Positions 1 through 12,875 of a stretch of DNA of 64,000 bases are shown in pieces. Every line of letters starts with the position of its first letter. Within the stretch, counting starts at the first letter, position 1. Below the pieces are notes generated by a model, which saw nothing but the letters and a program-made list of their open reading frames with translations, made no database searches and was not told the DNA's origin. The stretch spans positions 36,267 to 100,266 of the forward strand of contig NW_005434577.1 of NCBI RefSeq assembly GCF_000315625.1, written 5' to 3'. This DNA comes from Guillardia theta CCMP2712. Its lineage: Eukaryota; Protista; Cryptophyta. The position numbers and the translations under genes are program-made.

Positions 1-629
1 CTACCAACGTTGCAAGGATGTGGATCATTCCAAGGGTCGCAGAATCTAGCCAGATGTACATACAAAAGCAGATTGAAGAGTTTATCAGGAGAGTATGAGC
101 CGTGCTGCGCAGAGCTCGCATACAGATGAACCTCCAGGAGCGAATGTCCCTTCAGGACAGGTAATCGGCCTCACAGACTCGAAGTTCCAGACTGATCCTG
201 GTGGACAAGGAAGGCAGTCAGATGAGTTACAGGTGGAAAAGGTTCCGTTTGCGCATCGAGATCATTCTACTGCCCCATAGTCGAAGAAACTGCCTTCGCC
301 ACAGATTTTTGGAGTGACAACGCAGTCCAAGGGGCAGTGAGAACCTGATGGGCACACGGCCCCCCACCCCCTTCCTCCTCCTCCTCCTCATCTTCCTCGC
401 CCTCATCCTCATCCTCACCCTCCTCCTCCTCCTCCTCCTCCTCCTCCTCCTCCTCCCGGCCTGCTGCTACTCCTCTCTACCACCTCCCGTCCTTCTCATG
501 TCCATCTCACTCACTCCTCCTCACCTCATCCTACTCGCCTATCCGACGGCGATTCTTCCTCTCCCTTCCTTCCCTCTCCCTCCTCCTCGTCTCGCCTTCA
601 TCTTCCCATCTCATCCCCTGCTCCTGCAG

Positions 630-779
630 GTGGGAAGTTGGAGTAGCGTATGGGAATCCGTCGAATCGTTTCTGGACCCTACTAAGAAAGAGGTAGGAAA
701 CGCCTCAACCTCTTTCCAGAACCCTTCAGTTTTCTCCTTCTCCCTCATCTCCCTCTTCTCCTCCTTCTCATCCTGCTCT

Positions 780-844
<65 letters not shown>

Positions 845-865
845 TTGCTCCTGCTCTTGGTCCTT

Positions 866-897
<32 letters not shown>

Positions 898-1073
898 CTG
901 ACCTCCCCTCTGACCTTCCCTTTCTATCATCATCCACCTTCTTTCTCTTCCTCTCCGGCGTCTCATCTTATCGATGTCAGTGAGATCTTACCTTCCAAAT
1001 GGCGAGAGGACGACCAACTCTGGCGGATCAACAACATGATGCCACACGAGCTTGGTGAATCGCCCGCTGCTGC

Positions 1074-1105
<32 letters not shown>

Positions 1106-2541
1106 TTCCTCTTCCTCTTCCTCTTCCTCTTCCTCTTCCTCTCCCTCTTCCTCTTCTTCCTCCTCCTTTTGTTCTTCCTGCTGCCTCTTGAGATGTTTTG
1201 ATGGTCATATATCCTTCTCCAATCTCATCTCTTCCTGATCTTATTGTTTCTTCACAGGGATTGGAATTTCAGACATCGGTTGCTTTCCTGGTAACCTGCT
1301 AAAATGCTGCTGTTCCTCCTCCTCCTCCTCCTCTTCTTCCTCCTCCTCCTCCTCCTCCTCCTCCTCCTCCTCCTCCTCCTCCTCCTCCTCCTCCTCCTCC
1401 TCCTCCTCCTCCTCCTCCTCCTCTTCTCCTGAATGCCTGCGACAGGAAGCGATGCTGCCGAATTTGGGCACGACGTTATGCTGCAGTGGAGGGAGGTGCG
1501 ATGCTTGTGATGATGATGATGACGATGATAATGACGATGATGATGACGATGATGATGACGATGACGACGGTAACGACTACGATAATGATAAGAGTAATGA
1601 TTACAATGATTATAACGAGAGGGTGAGGAGGAGGAAGAGGGATTGAACGTGTGTTTAAGGACTTCTACAAGAGGGCGAGAGCACATCTCCACCGATGTTG
1701 CAGTGTGCTCAAGAATGGCGAGGAAAACAAGAAGAGGAAGAAGAACAATGAAAGAGTCAAGGAGGAGGAGGAGGAGGAGCATCGGCAGGAGGAATTCTCC
1801 GCAGATGAATTGGATCGCATGGCCCCAAGGATTGTCGCCTTCACTGGCAAGCGTCACTACTCGATGCTCTTTCAACCTCAGCTGAAGAAAGTCGATAGCT
1901 ATGGCAAGCAGGTGACAAAACAGCCTCGTCGTCGCCTCTTCCTTTCTATCCCCTTCTCCTCTCGCCCCTCCTCCTCGTTTTTCCTTCCCTCCTCGCTATC
2001 TCTTTACCTTCCTCCTCCCCTTACTCTCTTCCCTCCTTCCCTATGCTCTACCTTCTCTCTCTCCCCCTCCCCCTCTTTGTTTCTTCTCCCCCCATTCCTG
2101 ACGGTCTCACGACAGGATCTTCTCCCCCCTCGTTGGCCCTTCCCTGCCTCTACTGAGGTATGAAGCTGCTGCTCCCTCCTTCTCTCATGCCCTGCAGGTT
2201 TGGATCCTCCCGTCTCCTTCCGGCCGCGCTGCCATGAGCTCTGCTGACCGCGAGGTGAAATGGATGATGATAATGAAAAGATGATGGAGATGGAGATGGA
2301 GAAGGGGATGGACAAGGAGACGGAGACGGAGATGGAGATGGAGATGGAGATGGACAGGATGAAGTGAAAATGTAGATGTAACTTTGGACAGAAGTTGGAA
2401 GTGGTGATGATTATGTTATGATGACCGTAACACTCAGCGGATTGTCATCGTATGACCATAAATGAGGCGGTTTCACATGTGAATTTACAGGCACCTTATC
2501 TCGAACTGAGTCAGAGGCTACTGGAGTTGAAGTCTGAATGA
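630..2541 (+). CDS. TDG/MUG-family (family 2) uracil/thymine mismatch DNA glycosylase, multi-exon; 5' end not resolved
   Basis: Spliced exons read WEVGVAYGNPSNRFWTLLRKS, GIGISDIGCFPGSDAAEF, APRIVAFTGKRHYSMLF, WPFPASTEVWILPSPSGRAAMS and APYLELSQRLLELKSE*. NPSNRFW and LPSPSG are MUG/TDG motifs. The catalytic GxNP exon was not located. Confidence 0.8.
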
Positions 2542-2708
2542 AGTGAAGAGACAGGCATCAATCAATTTTCTTGTGGTACTCAAGACATCTTCTATTCGGT
2601 CTGGTTAAATCGTACCATCCCATCCTTTCCTCCTCTCCTCTCCTCTCCCCTCCCCTCCCCTCCCCTCCCCTCCCCTCTCCTCTCCTCTCCTCTCTCCCCT
2701 CCACTCTT

Positions 2709-5700
2709 TCATGTCATTGCTGCAATCGCCTTGTCAAACTCATCCTACACCATCGTTGTCAGCACGCAACCATAGAAGAGCAATCATCACCCGCGAGATA
2801 AACCCGTCTGAATTGACGTCGATCTTGTTCATCAGATTTGTGACTTCCTTGGAAGAGACTGTTCGCTGATAGCAGAGACAAGTGAGTTGAAGAAAGAAAG
2901 GCAGGAGGGTGGATATGAAGGCAAAAGAGGCTCGAAGTGGGAGGATGGGGGCAAGACGAAGAGGGGAGGCGAGGGGAGGCGAGGGGAGGCGAGGAGAGGC
3001 GAGGAGGGGGGTGGAAAGGGAGGAGAGGGGAGGGGAGGAGGATGAGAGGGAGAGCAGAGAAGGTGGAGGATGAGGAGGTAGAGGATTCATAACCTTCAAC
3101 CGCATCTGCATCGCCGTCTTCACTTCCTCAGGGCTCAGTTGACCGTCGGCATCGAGATCCAGGTCCTGCTTGCCATTCTCATACCCCATCCCAATTATTG
3201 CCCGTTTTCGTGAAACCCGGTAACGTTCATACCAATCTCAATCCACAACCATTCCGATAATACCCCATCTTCATCACACCCATTCCGTTCATAGCCCATC
3301 ACATCAGAGTAAGAATCGTTACACAGTCACCCACGTGAAACGCTCCCAGCTGGCTCAGAATGATCTTAGCGCAGCAGTCGATGATGATGTCTTTAGCAGG
3401 TCGCCCAGCCTGTTCCTCTCACGTCACCCGCGAACAGCATTAGCCAGCTCACCTCGTCGAAGACAAAGTCAAGCTTTGGGTTCGCATTGCACCAGTCCAT
3501 CAGTGGCTGGTTCTTGTTCATTCCCTGGAGGGACAGAACTAGTATGCCGATGTCTGCGGGGAATTGAGCAGATGCAGAACTCTTGGTACACCTTACTGTA
3601 TTCCTTATTGAGATCCAACGGAGCAGAATTGACATGGGTAATACTCCTTGTCTCCTCATCCCATGTGAATCCCTGACGGAACAACAATGTCATTCGAAAT
3701 GAGAGAAGGAAGAAGCGATGAAAGCGCAACAATGTCATTCGAAATGTCAGAAGGAAGAAGGGATGACTGAAGGCAGGAGGATTGGTAACTGTACATCAAG
3801 GAGCACGGAGCAAATGGATGATGCAGTGATGGCCAAGGAGGAGGAGGAGGACGAGGAGGTGGAAAAAAGGGAGGGCGGAAAAACAGGAGGAAACAGAAGA
3901 GGAGATGGTCAAAATTGGTGGATGAAAATCAGCAGTAGCAGGAGGAGCTAAATCAGTATCTCTCACATCATCAAGCTGCATAAATCCTCCCCAGTCTTCT
4001 GGAACTTCGAAGTACGCTCGTTTGCGTGAGAATTGAATTGCGTCTGCTAGGATTTGACCTGAGAAGTTTGATCAGGGAGGAGTCAACGATCCCTGCCGAT
4101 ATCACCAGGGATGCTGACGACAACTATCTCGCTAGAGAAGGGGACTTCTTTCTTCAGATCTCCTGCAAACTCAGACGGTTACGATGGGGTTTGAGGTGGT
4201 GAAGGAGCAAGTGAGCTATACCCCAGGTAAAAACGCTGTACCCCTCAGGATATTCAAAGTTCCTCCGTATCGCACCTGGACAAGCGTGTAAGGGTTGAGG
4301 GGAGCGGGTCATTCAAAGTTTCTGACCCGCGTCCATCATTACGCCTTCACAGGCCTCCTTGTTCCCGGCTGTCTGCCTGAGCCTGTCCCAACAGCCTAGT
4401 GAGTCGTAAACAAGCGAGCAAAGATCCGTCATCACCCGTCGCGGACCAGTGACGTCAACAGAGTTCCGACAGTGGTTTGCGATCTTCTGATCTGAGTGGA
4501 TTTGAGGGAGATGCCCTGGTAGGGGTCAGACAAGACGTGGTGGTTCCAACTCAGGACAGTCGATACCGGATCGATCTCGCACAAGTAAGCCGACTCAATC
4601 TCCTCTAGCGGTCTATTGTGCTCGTGCATGATCTACAGAACAGACACCCCACGTCAGCGGGACCTTGTGACCTCGCTCACTTCCCCTCACCTTCACCAAC
4701 TCTTGATTGGCATGATATTCCGTGCACTTCACCAGGTCCACTTTGATCTTCGGGCTCTCTCCCGGCGTCTCCCCGCTCTCCCACAAGATGTCCACGATCG
4801 CCGCATTCTCCGCGTCCATCCCCGTCTTCACGATCGTACACCCCTCGATCGTCTCGATGTACGGATCGTGGTCGTGCGCTGCTATCAGCAGCGGGAAGCC
4901 CATCTTCAGCCTCGCCATCTCCCGGTCCTCTGCCATCACCTGGTGCGTCATCGGGATCACCACGTCGCACCCCTCCTCCTCCAGCAGCTTCTTCCGCAGC
5001 CTCGCCGCCGTCTCGTACACCGGCTCTGCCGTCTCCATCGCTCCCCCGAAAGCCCCCTTCTGGTACAGGTTCTTGTCGATGGTCAGTAGCCCGATGATCC
5101 CAACCCGTCGCGTCTGCCCGCCCGCCTTGACCTCGATGACGTCATACTCCGGCAGTGAGGGCTGGAAGTCTCGCATGTTGCTGTTGATCCACTTCCCCTT
5201 GTACTCCTGGATCCGCTCCCGCAGGTCGCTCACAGGGATGTCCGTCTCGTGGTTGCCGAAGCACACGTACTGTACGCCGCATCCGCCGACGCGGTTGAGC
5301 ATGTCCATCATGCCCTTGCCCTTGTCGAGGCTGGAGAGGAGGCTTGGGGCGAGGAAGTCGCCGGGGAGCATGACGATGGTGTTGGGGATCTGGTGTTCAC
5401 GAATGACTGAGTCAAAGTGAGGCAGGTTCTTGAGCTCGTACACGTCGTTGATGCAAATGATTCTGAGGGAGCAAGAATCCGAATGGAGTTTGAAGCTGTT
5501 CATCTGTTTGAAGAATCTCACAAAGTTGGAGAACTCGTTTGAGTCGATCATCCCATCGCTGTTCTCGTCTACAACTTTCATCACGTTGTCTACAACGATC
5601 TCAGGAAGGTTCTCATTGCCCAGCACTTGCGCCAACTTCCTTCTCACCTCTTTACGATCGATGAAACCTGATTTGTCTGCATCCAATGAGTCCCAGTCCG

Positions 5701-7828
5701 CAAGCTGCTCCCATATCATCGTAGAGCACATCTTCACCACTAGCTCCTTAGCTGGACGGAGCTGCTCTTTGTGAGGTATCTTATCAGCGTTGGCGTTAGC
5801 CCAGTCGATGATAGGCTGGTTTCGATTCATTCCTTTGATCGACAGTTCCAGCAAACCGACATGGTAAACTTTGTCGGCTGAGAACGGTTCTCCATTCACC
5901 TTCTGGAGTTGCTCGTTGTTGTCGTCCCATTCCATCCCATCGTCGATCTGCAAGTAACCTCCCCAATCCTGCGGCGGGTCATACTTGCTCCTGGCTCGAG
6001 AAGCCTTGATGATTTCCTGGAGGATACTTCCCTGGATAGGAACCACAAATATCTCCGAGTCAAACGGAACCTCTTTCTTGAGATCGCCGTAAGTAAAATG
6101 CTCTGCAGACCCATACTCGTAGTTGCGACGAATGCATCCGGCATCCAATGCAACTGCATCACAACCCAGAGCGTCCCTGCACAACGAAGTGATCAGAGTA
6201 CCGACTGTCGTCTGAGATCTCCGGATTCCAGTGGAGGCGAATGGTTTCAGGTTTTCAGGAATGATGCACAAGAACGCATTCTCAAGCTCCTCCACGACCC
6301 GATTGTGATGCCTGGCCACTTCAACAAGCTCCTCATTAGAAATGTAGTCGTCGCATCTGACAAGGTCCACTTTGATCTTCGGGCTCTCTCCCGGCGTCTC
6401 CCCGCTCTCCCACAAGATGTCCACGATCGCCGCATTCTCCGCGTCCATCCCCGTCTTCACGATCGTACACCCCTCGATCGTCTCGATGTAAGGATCGTGG
6501 TCGTGCGCTGCTATCAGCAGCGGGAAGCCCATCTTCAGCCTCGCCATCTCCCGGTCCTCTGCCATCACCTGGTGCGTCATCGGGATCACCACGTCGCACC
6601 CCTCCTCCTCCAGCAGCTTCTTCCGCAGCCTCGCCGCCGTCTCGTACACCGGCTCTGCCGTCTCCATCGCTCCCCCGAAAGCCCCCTTCTGGTACAGGTT
6701 CTTGTCGATGGTCAGTAGCCCGATGATCCCAACCCGTCGCGTCTGCCCGCCCGCCTTGACCTCGATGACGTCATACTCCGGCAGTGAGGGCTGGAAGTCT
6801 CGCATGTTGCTGTTGATCCACTTCCCCTTGTACTCCTGGATCCGCTCCCGCAGGTCGCTCACAGGGATGTCCGTCTCGTGGTTGCCGAAGCACACGTACT
6901 GTACGCCGCATCCGCCGACGCGGTTGAGCATGTCCATCATGCCCTTGCCCTTGTCGAGGCTGGAGAGGAGGCTTGGGGCGAGGAAGTCGCCGGGGAGCAT
7001 GACGATGGTGTTGGGGATGTAATGATGTCTTATCACCGAGTCGAACTGTGGCAGGTTCTTGAGCTCGTACACATCATTGACAAAGATGATTCGAAGCCAG
7101 CAACCAGAAAGGGGTGCCTCATCGCACACAGAAACGATATTCTTCTTGTAGCTGATTCCTTGGGCGGCCCTCTCCATGGAGTAGGAATGAATGTCCTGCC
7201 TCGAAGTGGTAGAAACGTTGGTCTCTTTTGACAACCGCCTCCTTGAAGATTTCGCAAACTCAACTTTCGTTTCCAGTCGATCGATAAGAGACTTCATCGC
7301 CTCGATGTCCTGCTTCAGTTTGTCGTTCTCGAGAAGAATCTCTGCCTTGTCCGTATCTTCAATGTCATCGTTCGCACTGTTAAGCTCCGCAAGGAGAGAC
7401 AAGAAATCCGTTGGATGCACATCCTCCTGCGGTTTCGGGAGGTTTGCTTGGACGCCCATCGATTCATTCACGGCCTCCTCCAGTTTGGAATTCGCTTCCA
7501 TTTTCCAATGATTCAAAGCAAATGGCGATACATTCTTCCCTGCCTCTCTGCGACTGAAGTGCCTTGTGACTTTTCCTTTCGCCCCAGAGCTCTCGATGTA
7601 CAACTTAAGGTAGCACATCTCCTTGGATCGCTCCATCTCCTCGCCAACGGCTTCTTTCTGATCGCTCACGACCCCCATCATCTCAGCTAAACGGTCACGC
7701 AAGAATTTCTTCGGGTCTTTGGGCCGGTGGAAGGCTAAGTCCTGAGTAAGGTCATAGAACAAGTCCTTCAGCCCGTGCTGATCAAAATACGTTTCCATGT
7801 CTGTCCGGAAAGTTTTGGGTGACGACAT
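2709..7828 (-). CDS. Tandem 5'-nucleotidase-family (calcineurin-like metallophosphoesterase + 5'-NT C-terminal domain) protein with EF-hand pairs and an N-terminal RIIa/Dpy-30-like D/D domain
   Basis: The 1107-aa ORF has NDVYE, GDFLAPS, GNHETD, MTHQ and AHDH motifs twice, EF-hands (DADKSGFID, DENSDGMID) and an N-terminal YFDQHGLKDLFYDLTQDLAFHRPKDPKKFL. Small exons at 2.7-4.7 kb complete the second repeat (DLDADGQLS, DVNSDGFIS, DEFDKAIAAMT*). Likely ATG at 7828. Confidence 0.85.
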
Positions 7829-8055
7829 CTTGCCAACGCAAGCTCTTTCTCGGAAATGTGCCGATGATAACGACAAGCACACACACGTATCAAGACAAAG
7901 GAAAAGGCAAAAAGAGAAGAGTGGGCTGTTCACCAATTTTCAAGCCTGGGATCAGGGAACCCTGCTTGCCTGCAAGGCATAATTTCAGTTCCAACATGCA
8001 TCCACATGTAGCCTCTCCTCAGAACCATCACTCGGCATGCAAGCACAACAAGAAT

Positions 8056-8203
8056 GCATCCACATCCACATCCACATCCACATCCACATCCACATCCACA
8101 TCCACATCCACATCCACATCCACATCCACATCCACATCCACATCCACATCTACATCTACATCTACATCTACATCTACATCTACATCTACATCTACATCTA
8201 CAT
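8056..8203. repeat. Hexanucleotide microsatellite (CATCCA)n switching to (CATCTA)n
   Basis: Seen directly in the sequence. Confidence 0.95.
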
Positions 8204-9344
8204 CGGCTATGATTTTGGTGGATGCAGAAGATGATTTACAGAACAATCTACATATTCATGACGTAGATGATTATGTTTCTCCTCGTTACACTTGTGACGC
8301 ATGTGCATAAGGCGCAACTTCAGTTGGCGCCATGCCTTACCACCACTAGTCACTGCCCACCCCATCACCCCCTACCTGGTATTTTACCGTTTACTACCCC
8401 CATTTAGCCCACAGAGACTCCCAAAATATCGATACCACCGGTCCATGTCCGATTCCTCCACAAACTATTCACTGACCACAACCCCTCTTTCTGATATCTG
8501 AACCACCCCTACAAAATAACCCCTACCCCCTATTTAAAAGAGGAAGTACCCCTATACAGATAAGACCCTCATTGAGGATTTTGTCCCCTCATCCCCACCA
8601 CAATTGGTTCCCTCATCCCCTCACATAAAATGTTCCCTCATACCCCGACCACAGATTGCCTTCTAGAATGTAATAGTATCATTTGAAATTTTGTCACGAA
8701 TATCAATCTAGGATAGTTTGAAATTTAAAAATTTCCCTTGGTCCTAGTGGCCTATAAAATTTTCCTACTACCCTCATTCCTATCATATACAGCTTTGGTC
8801 CTAGAGTTTGTCCAATGGAGAGGATATGAAGTGGTACTAGAAAGGGTCATATCGATTGTCGTATCCTTGGTCATAGTCAGGGCATAGGTGTCGTAGCACC
8901 CCACGGCCCCCCCACCAACTATGGCGGTGAGAACGATGGCGGAAGGGATTAAGTGAAGATGCAATGAGCGGAAGTATCATGCCAGGATGAGATTCTTGAC
9001 AGAGAATCATGCTGTTTTGTTGTTTCTGCCTTCTTTGGTGCAATTTTCTGTATTTTTGGCCATGTTATGTTGAATGTGAGAAATATGATGAGTTATTTCG
9101 AACGGGGCACATGGCGCAAGGATTTCTACATGTTCGTAATTGTACTGTAGCATTCTGATATGCTTGATTGGTTTTTGTGATGAGTTCGAACAAGTTGAAA
9201 CATTGCAAACGAACCCCACATCGGCGAAAGCAATGTTGTTGCCGTTTACTTGTTTCTTCTGAAAGCACAATGCATCGATGGACTGTTGTTGAGTTTGTTT
9301 CGATTTCATGTGCAAACCGTATCAGCTCAAGACTGAAAACAAGA

Positions 9345-10219
9345 ATGCAGAAGATTGTTGGAGCTCTCTTCCTGTGCATGCTCGCCACAGCGTGTGGTTT
9401 CCAGATGGGAACCATGTCAACCATGCGCGTGATGAAGGTACACTCCTGCATGGCGCGAACTTGGTCAGGGTGACAGGGAGCAGGCATCGTCGATCTCTTC
9501 TAGAGGAAGCATGTGGATCGGTGCTCCTGTGCTGCGCAGCCCGACCTCGAACGTGGCGAACCGGTGAGGATATACATGACAGAGATCTCTCGTCCTGCTC
9601 CTGATAGTGCGCGAGACCTGTGATCCTCTCGGCCGCGGCTGTTCCCCCATCCGTGTCTCTTGCTCATGTCACTCGATGTTGACCTGCTGCTCCTCAGGCG
9701 AAGCGCTCCCTTGTCCAACCTCAACATGGGTCTCTTCGGGCTCGGATGGGGAGAGCTTGCAGTGAGTAGACGTGTGGGGGGGGGCCGGGAGGGACAAGGA
9801 GGAAGCTGAGGGGAGATGGTCAGGTTATTGGCGTGATCGCTGCTCTCATCTTTGGACCGAAGAATCTTGCGGGACTTGGAAAGGATCTTGGAAAGATTGC
9901 AGGCAGTCTCAAGGCTGAGGTGAGGACGATGCAGCGGCAACGCGCTGGAGTGATGACGTGGCGCTTGCAGGCTCAGACCTTCTCCTCCGCCATGCAGGAG
10001 AGCCTTGAGGAGGCTGAGAAGGGGATGAAGGAGGCTGAGACCCAGGTAGGCTGTTCTCGTTGGAGCTGCAACTGGCTGCAACTGACCCGTTACTTGGCAG
10101 GTTACCAAGCCGGCGACTCCCAAGGCAAGCTGATGTCTATTCGGTGCCAAAGTTCTGATGGGATTGAGCAGGAGGCCCCCTCCAAGCCCACCAAGAAGAT
10201 TGACCTGACCGACGAATAG
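9345..10219 (+). CDS. tatA: Plastid-targeted twin-arginine translocase subunit TatA/Tha4, multi-exon
   Basis: Signal peptide MQKIVGALFLCMLATACG followed by F-QM transit peptide. Mature part reads MGLFGLGWGELA-VIGVIAALIFGPKNLAGLGKDLGKIAGSLK (TatA TM helix, FG hinge, amphipathic helix). TatB/Hcf106 is not fully excluded. Confidence 0.8.
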
Positions 10220-10519
10220 ATTTCTTTCCCCCCTCTCTCCACATGACATGTTTCTAGCGCGAAGCAATAAAGTTGTGTAAAACGCGTTTGCGCGAGCAGC
10301 GATGATATTAAAAGTTTGAAGATAGTTGTACAATATTAACAGATGACACATCCTGATCTTGAACCTCTCTGCAAACCAAGAATGTAAGTTGCGCACCCAT
10401 TCGACATATGCGTTCACCCTGTTCCTGCTTGATTCGCCTTCTATCTCGTACGTCCTCTAGCCCTTCATCAGCCCAGCAACACTCACAGCAATTGCGTCCC
10501 AACCTTGGCATTCTTGCCG

Positions 10520-11720
10520 TCTAAGAACTCCTGATGACAAGGAAGCATGTCGGGCTCGTCCCAGGCAATCTCGAGCTCAAGTCAGCGCGAGAAGGAGAGC
10601 AGGAGGAGAACAAACGAACAATCGAATGAAGCATCTTCCGAAAGTCCTCAAAGTGTACCAGCCTTTGCTGCCCTGCTCCTTTCTCCTGGCGAGACTTCAG
10701 AGCAAGTAGACTGCAGCACAGTGCACGTTGTTCATGATCTCGTTCAACTCATCATATGTGAACTCTTCCCCAAGCTCATTCTTTAACACGACCAAATCCT
10801 GTAAATGTTCCATGCCTCAGTGCGAGCAGGATCAAGATCGAGGTGTCTACATGCCTGAAAAGTTATGAAGCCTTTGTTTTCCTTGTCTATGTGCTGGAAA
10901 ATTCGCTTGTCATCTTCGATATTAATTGCATCAATTCTGAAAGCACAAGATAAACGTCAGTTTGAACAAGGAGCCATATGGGCATGATCACTTAGATTCT
11001 AATTCTTGTCGATTTTTTCGTATCGTTGACAAAATTTCCCTCATGACAGCAGCCGCACTGAAGTCAAATATCATTTTCCTCGGCGTGACCCGGCATGGAG
11101 ATGTAATCTCACTCTCCATCCTGATCCCCAACTTCATACTTCTTCTCAAGCTCCAACTTGCGTTCGACAACAGTCAGTCTAACAAGGCACAGCAGTGTTG
11201 AGCTGGGATGTATCAAGTATCTTTCTCACATCGCTTCCTTTCTCTTCATGGTCAATCTTTTCTCCAAGTTTCAAGATCCAGACTAAGAACTCCACGAAGT
11301 CGATCGACCTGCCCGGCCAGAGTCACTAAGATCTCCTCGCAGGGACAACCTTTCCTGTCGTTCTCAAGGCAGACCGGAAGGTCATCCATGAAAGCATTCA
11401 TCTCCTCCTGCGATAGTTTGAGAGCTTAACAACTACAACCTTGCTCATGATTCCATTCTAAAATCACCTCTGTGTGATGATATCCAAAGGACTTCATCAA
11501 TGTTAGAAGATCATGTGTGCTGATCTTTCCGTCCTCGTCCGTGTCTATCAAGCTCCTGCCTCTACCCTTCACGAAGCATGAGGGGAGTACGGCATGCCTC
11601 TCACCAGATTTCCCGCAGATGGCTCCATTGTTCACTGTTCAGCCTTGAAGTAGACATCTCTGCTCTGCTTCACGCAGAAAGTCCTTGAAGACTCTGTCAC
11701 CAGTGTCACCCTACTGATGT
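10520..11720 (-). CDS. Divergent centrin/calmodulin-like four-EF-hand protein, multi-exon (ends approximate)
   Basis: Exons read DTDEDGKISTHDLLTLMKSFG, SIDFVEFLVWI, IFQHIDKENKGFITFQDL..LKNELGEEFTYDELNEIM and VHFEDFRKML. Confidence 0.65.
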
Positions 11721-12290
11721 CGACGAAACTCCCCTGCATCATAGTTGATCTCTATTCTCAACCCTCATTCTCTAGTTGGTTGCTCCTTCTCGTCAAATCT
11801 CTGCTCCTTCCCTCACCTTCCTGCTCCTGCTGCTCCTCCTGCCCCTTCTGCTCCTCCTGCTCCCTCTCTTGCTAAGCCCTGTCGTGCAACTCCTTCTCCT
11901 CCTCGTCCTCCTGCCCCTCCTGCTCCCCCTCCTGCTAAGCCAAGTCCTGCACCTCCTGCACCTCCTGCACCTCCTGCATCTCCTGCTCCCCCTGCTCCTC
12001 CTGCTCCTCCTGCTCCTCCTGCTCCTCCTGCTCCTCCTGCTCCTCCTGCTCCACCTGCTCCTCCTGCTCCTCCTGCTCCTCCTGCTCCTCCTGCTCCTCC
12101 TGCTCCCGCTCGTGCTCTTGCTACTTCATGCTCCAACTGCTCTTTGACCATACACATTGTCGATTTCCCCCGGGTCTACCCCCACCCATCCAATTTCCCT
12201 TGCAAACTACCCCACCCGCCGTCCCTCCCTACCCCACAACTCAAGTGAGTCAACTTTCCAGCAGTTTCATTTTGAGTTCCTGCGATCCGA

Positions 12291-12875
12291 CTATGATACG
12301 ATGCTCTAGTCAGGTATGATATGATGCTCTAGTCAGCTATGATATGATGCTCATATGATGCTCTAGTCAGGTATGATAATGATGCTCTAGTCAGGTATGA
12401 TATGATGCTCTAGTCAGCTATGATATGATGCTCTAGTCAGGTATGATATGATGCTCTAGTCAGGTATGATAATGATGCTCTAGTCAGGTATGATATGATG
12501 CTCTAGTCAGGTATGATAATGATGCTCTAGTCAGGTATGATATGATGGTGTAGTCAGCTATGATATGATGCTCTAGTCAGGTATGATATGATGCTCTAGT
12601 CAGCTATGATATGATGCTCTAGTCAGCTATGATATGATGCTCTAGTCAGGTATGATATGACGCTCTAGTCAGGTATGATATGACGCTCTAGTCAGGTATG
12701 ATATGATGCTCTAGTCAGGTATGATTATGACGCTCTAGTCAGGTATGATATGATGCTCTAGTCAGGTATGATATGATGCTCTAGTCAGGTATGATATGAT
12801 GCTCTAGTCAGGTATGATATGATGCTCTAGTCAGGTATGATATGATGCTCTAGTCAGGTATGATAATGATGCTCT
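12291..12875. repeat. 23-bp tandem array 1 (GATATGATGCTCTAGTCAGGTAT)n, ~25 copies
   Basis: Head-to-tail units with minor variants (CAGCTAT, GATAATGAT, GACGCT). No spacers. Confidence 0.97.

Noticed and set aside
1-340. 5' exons of the TDG gene, or the end of an upstream gene
   Set aside because: Could not be assigned; no GxNP motif was found.
348-2360. Poly-L/E/R/SC ORFs in the ORF track (also at 8.0, 11.8, 41-43 and 58.7-59.7 kb)
   Set aside because: They are translations of intronic or intergenic microsatellites that lack stop codons.
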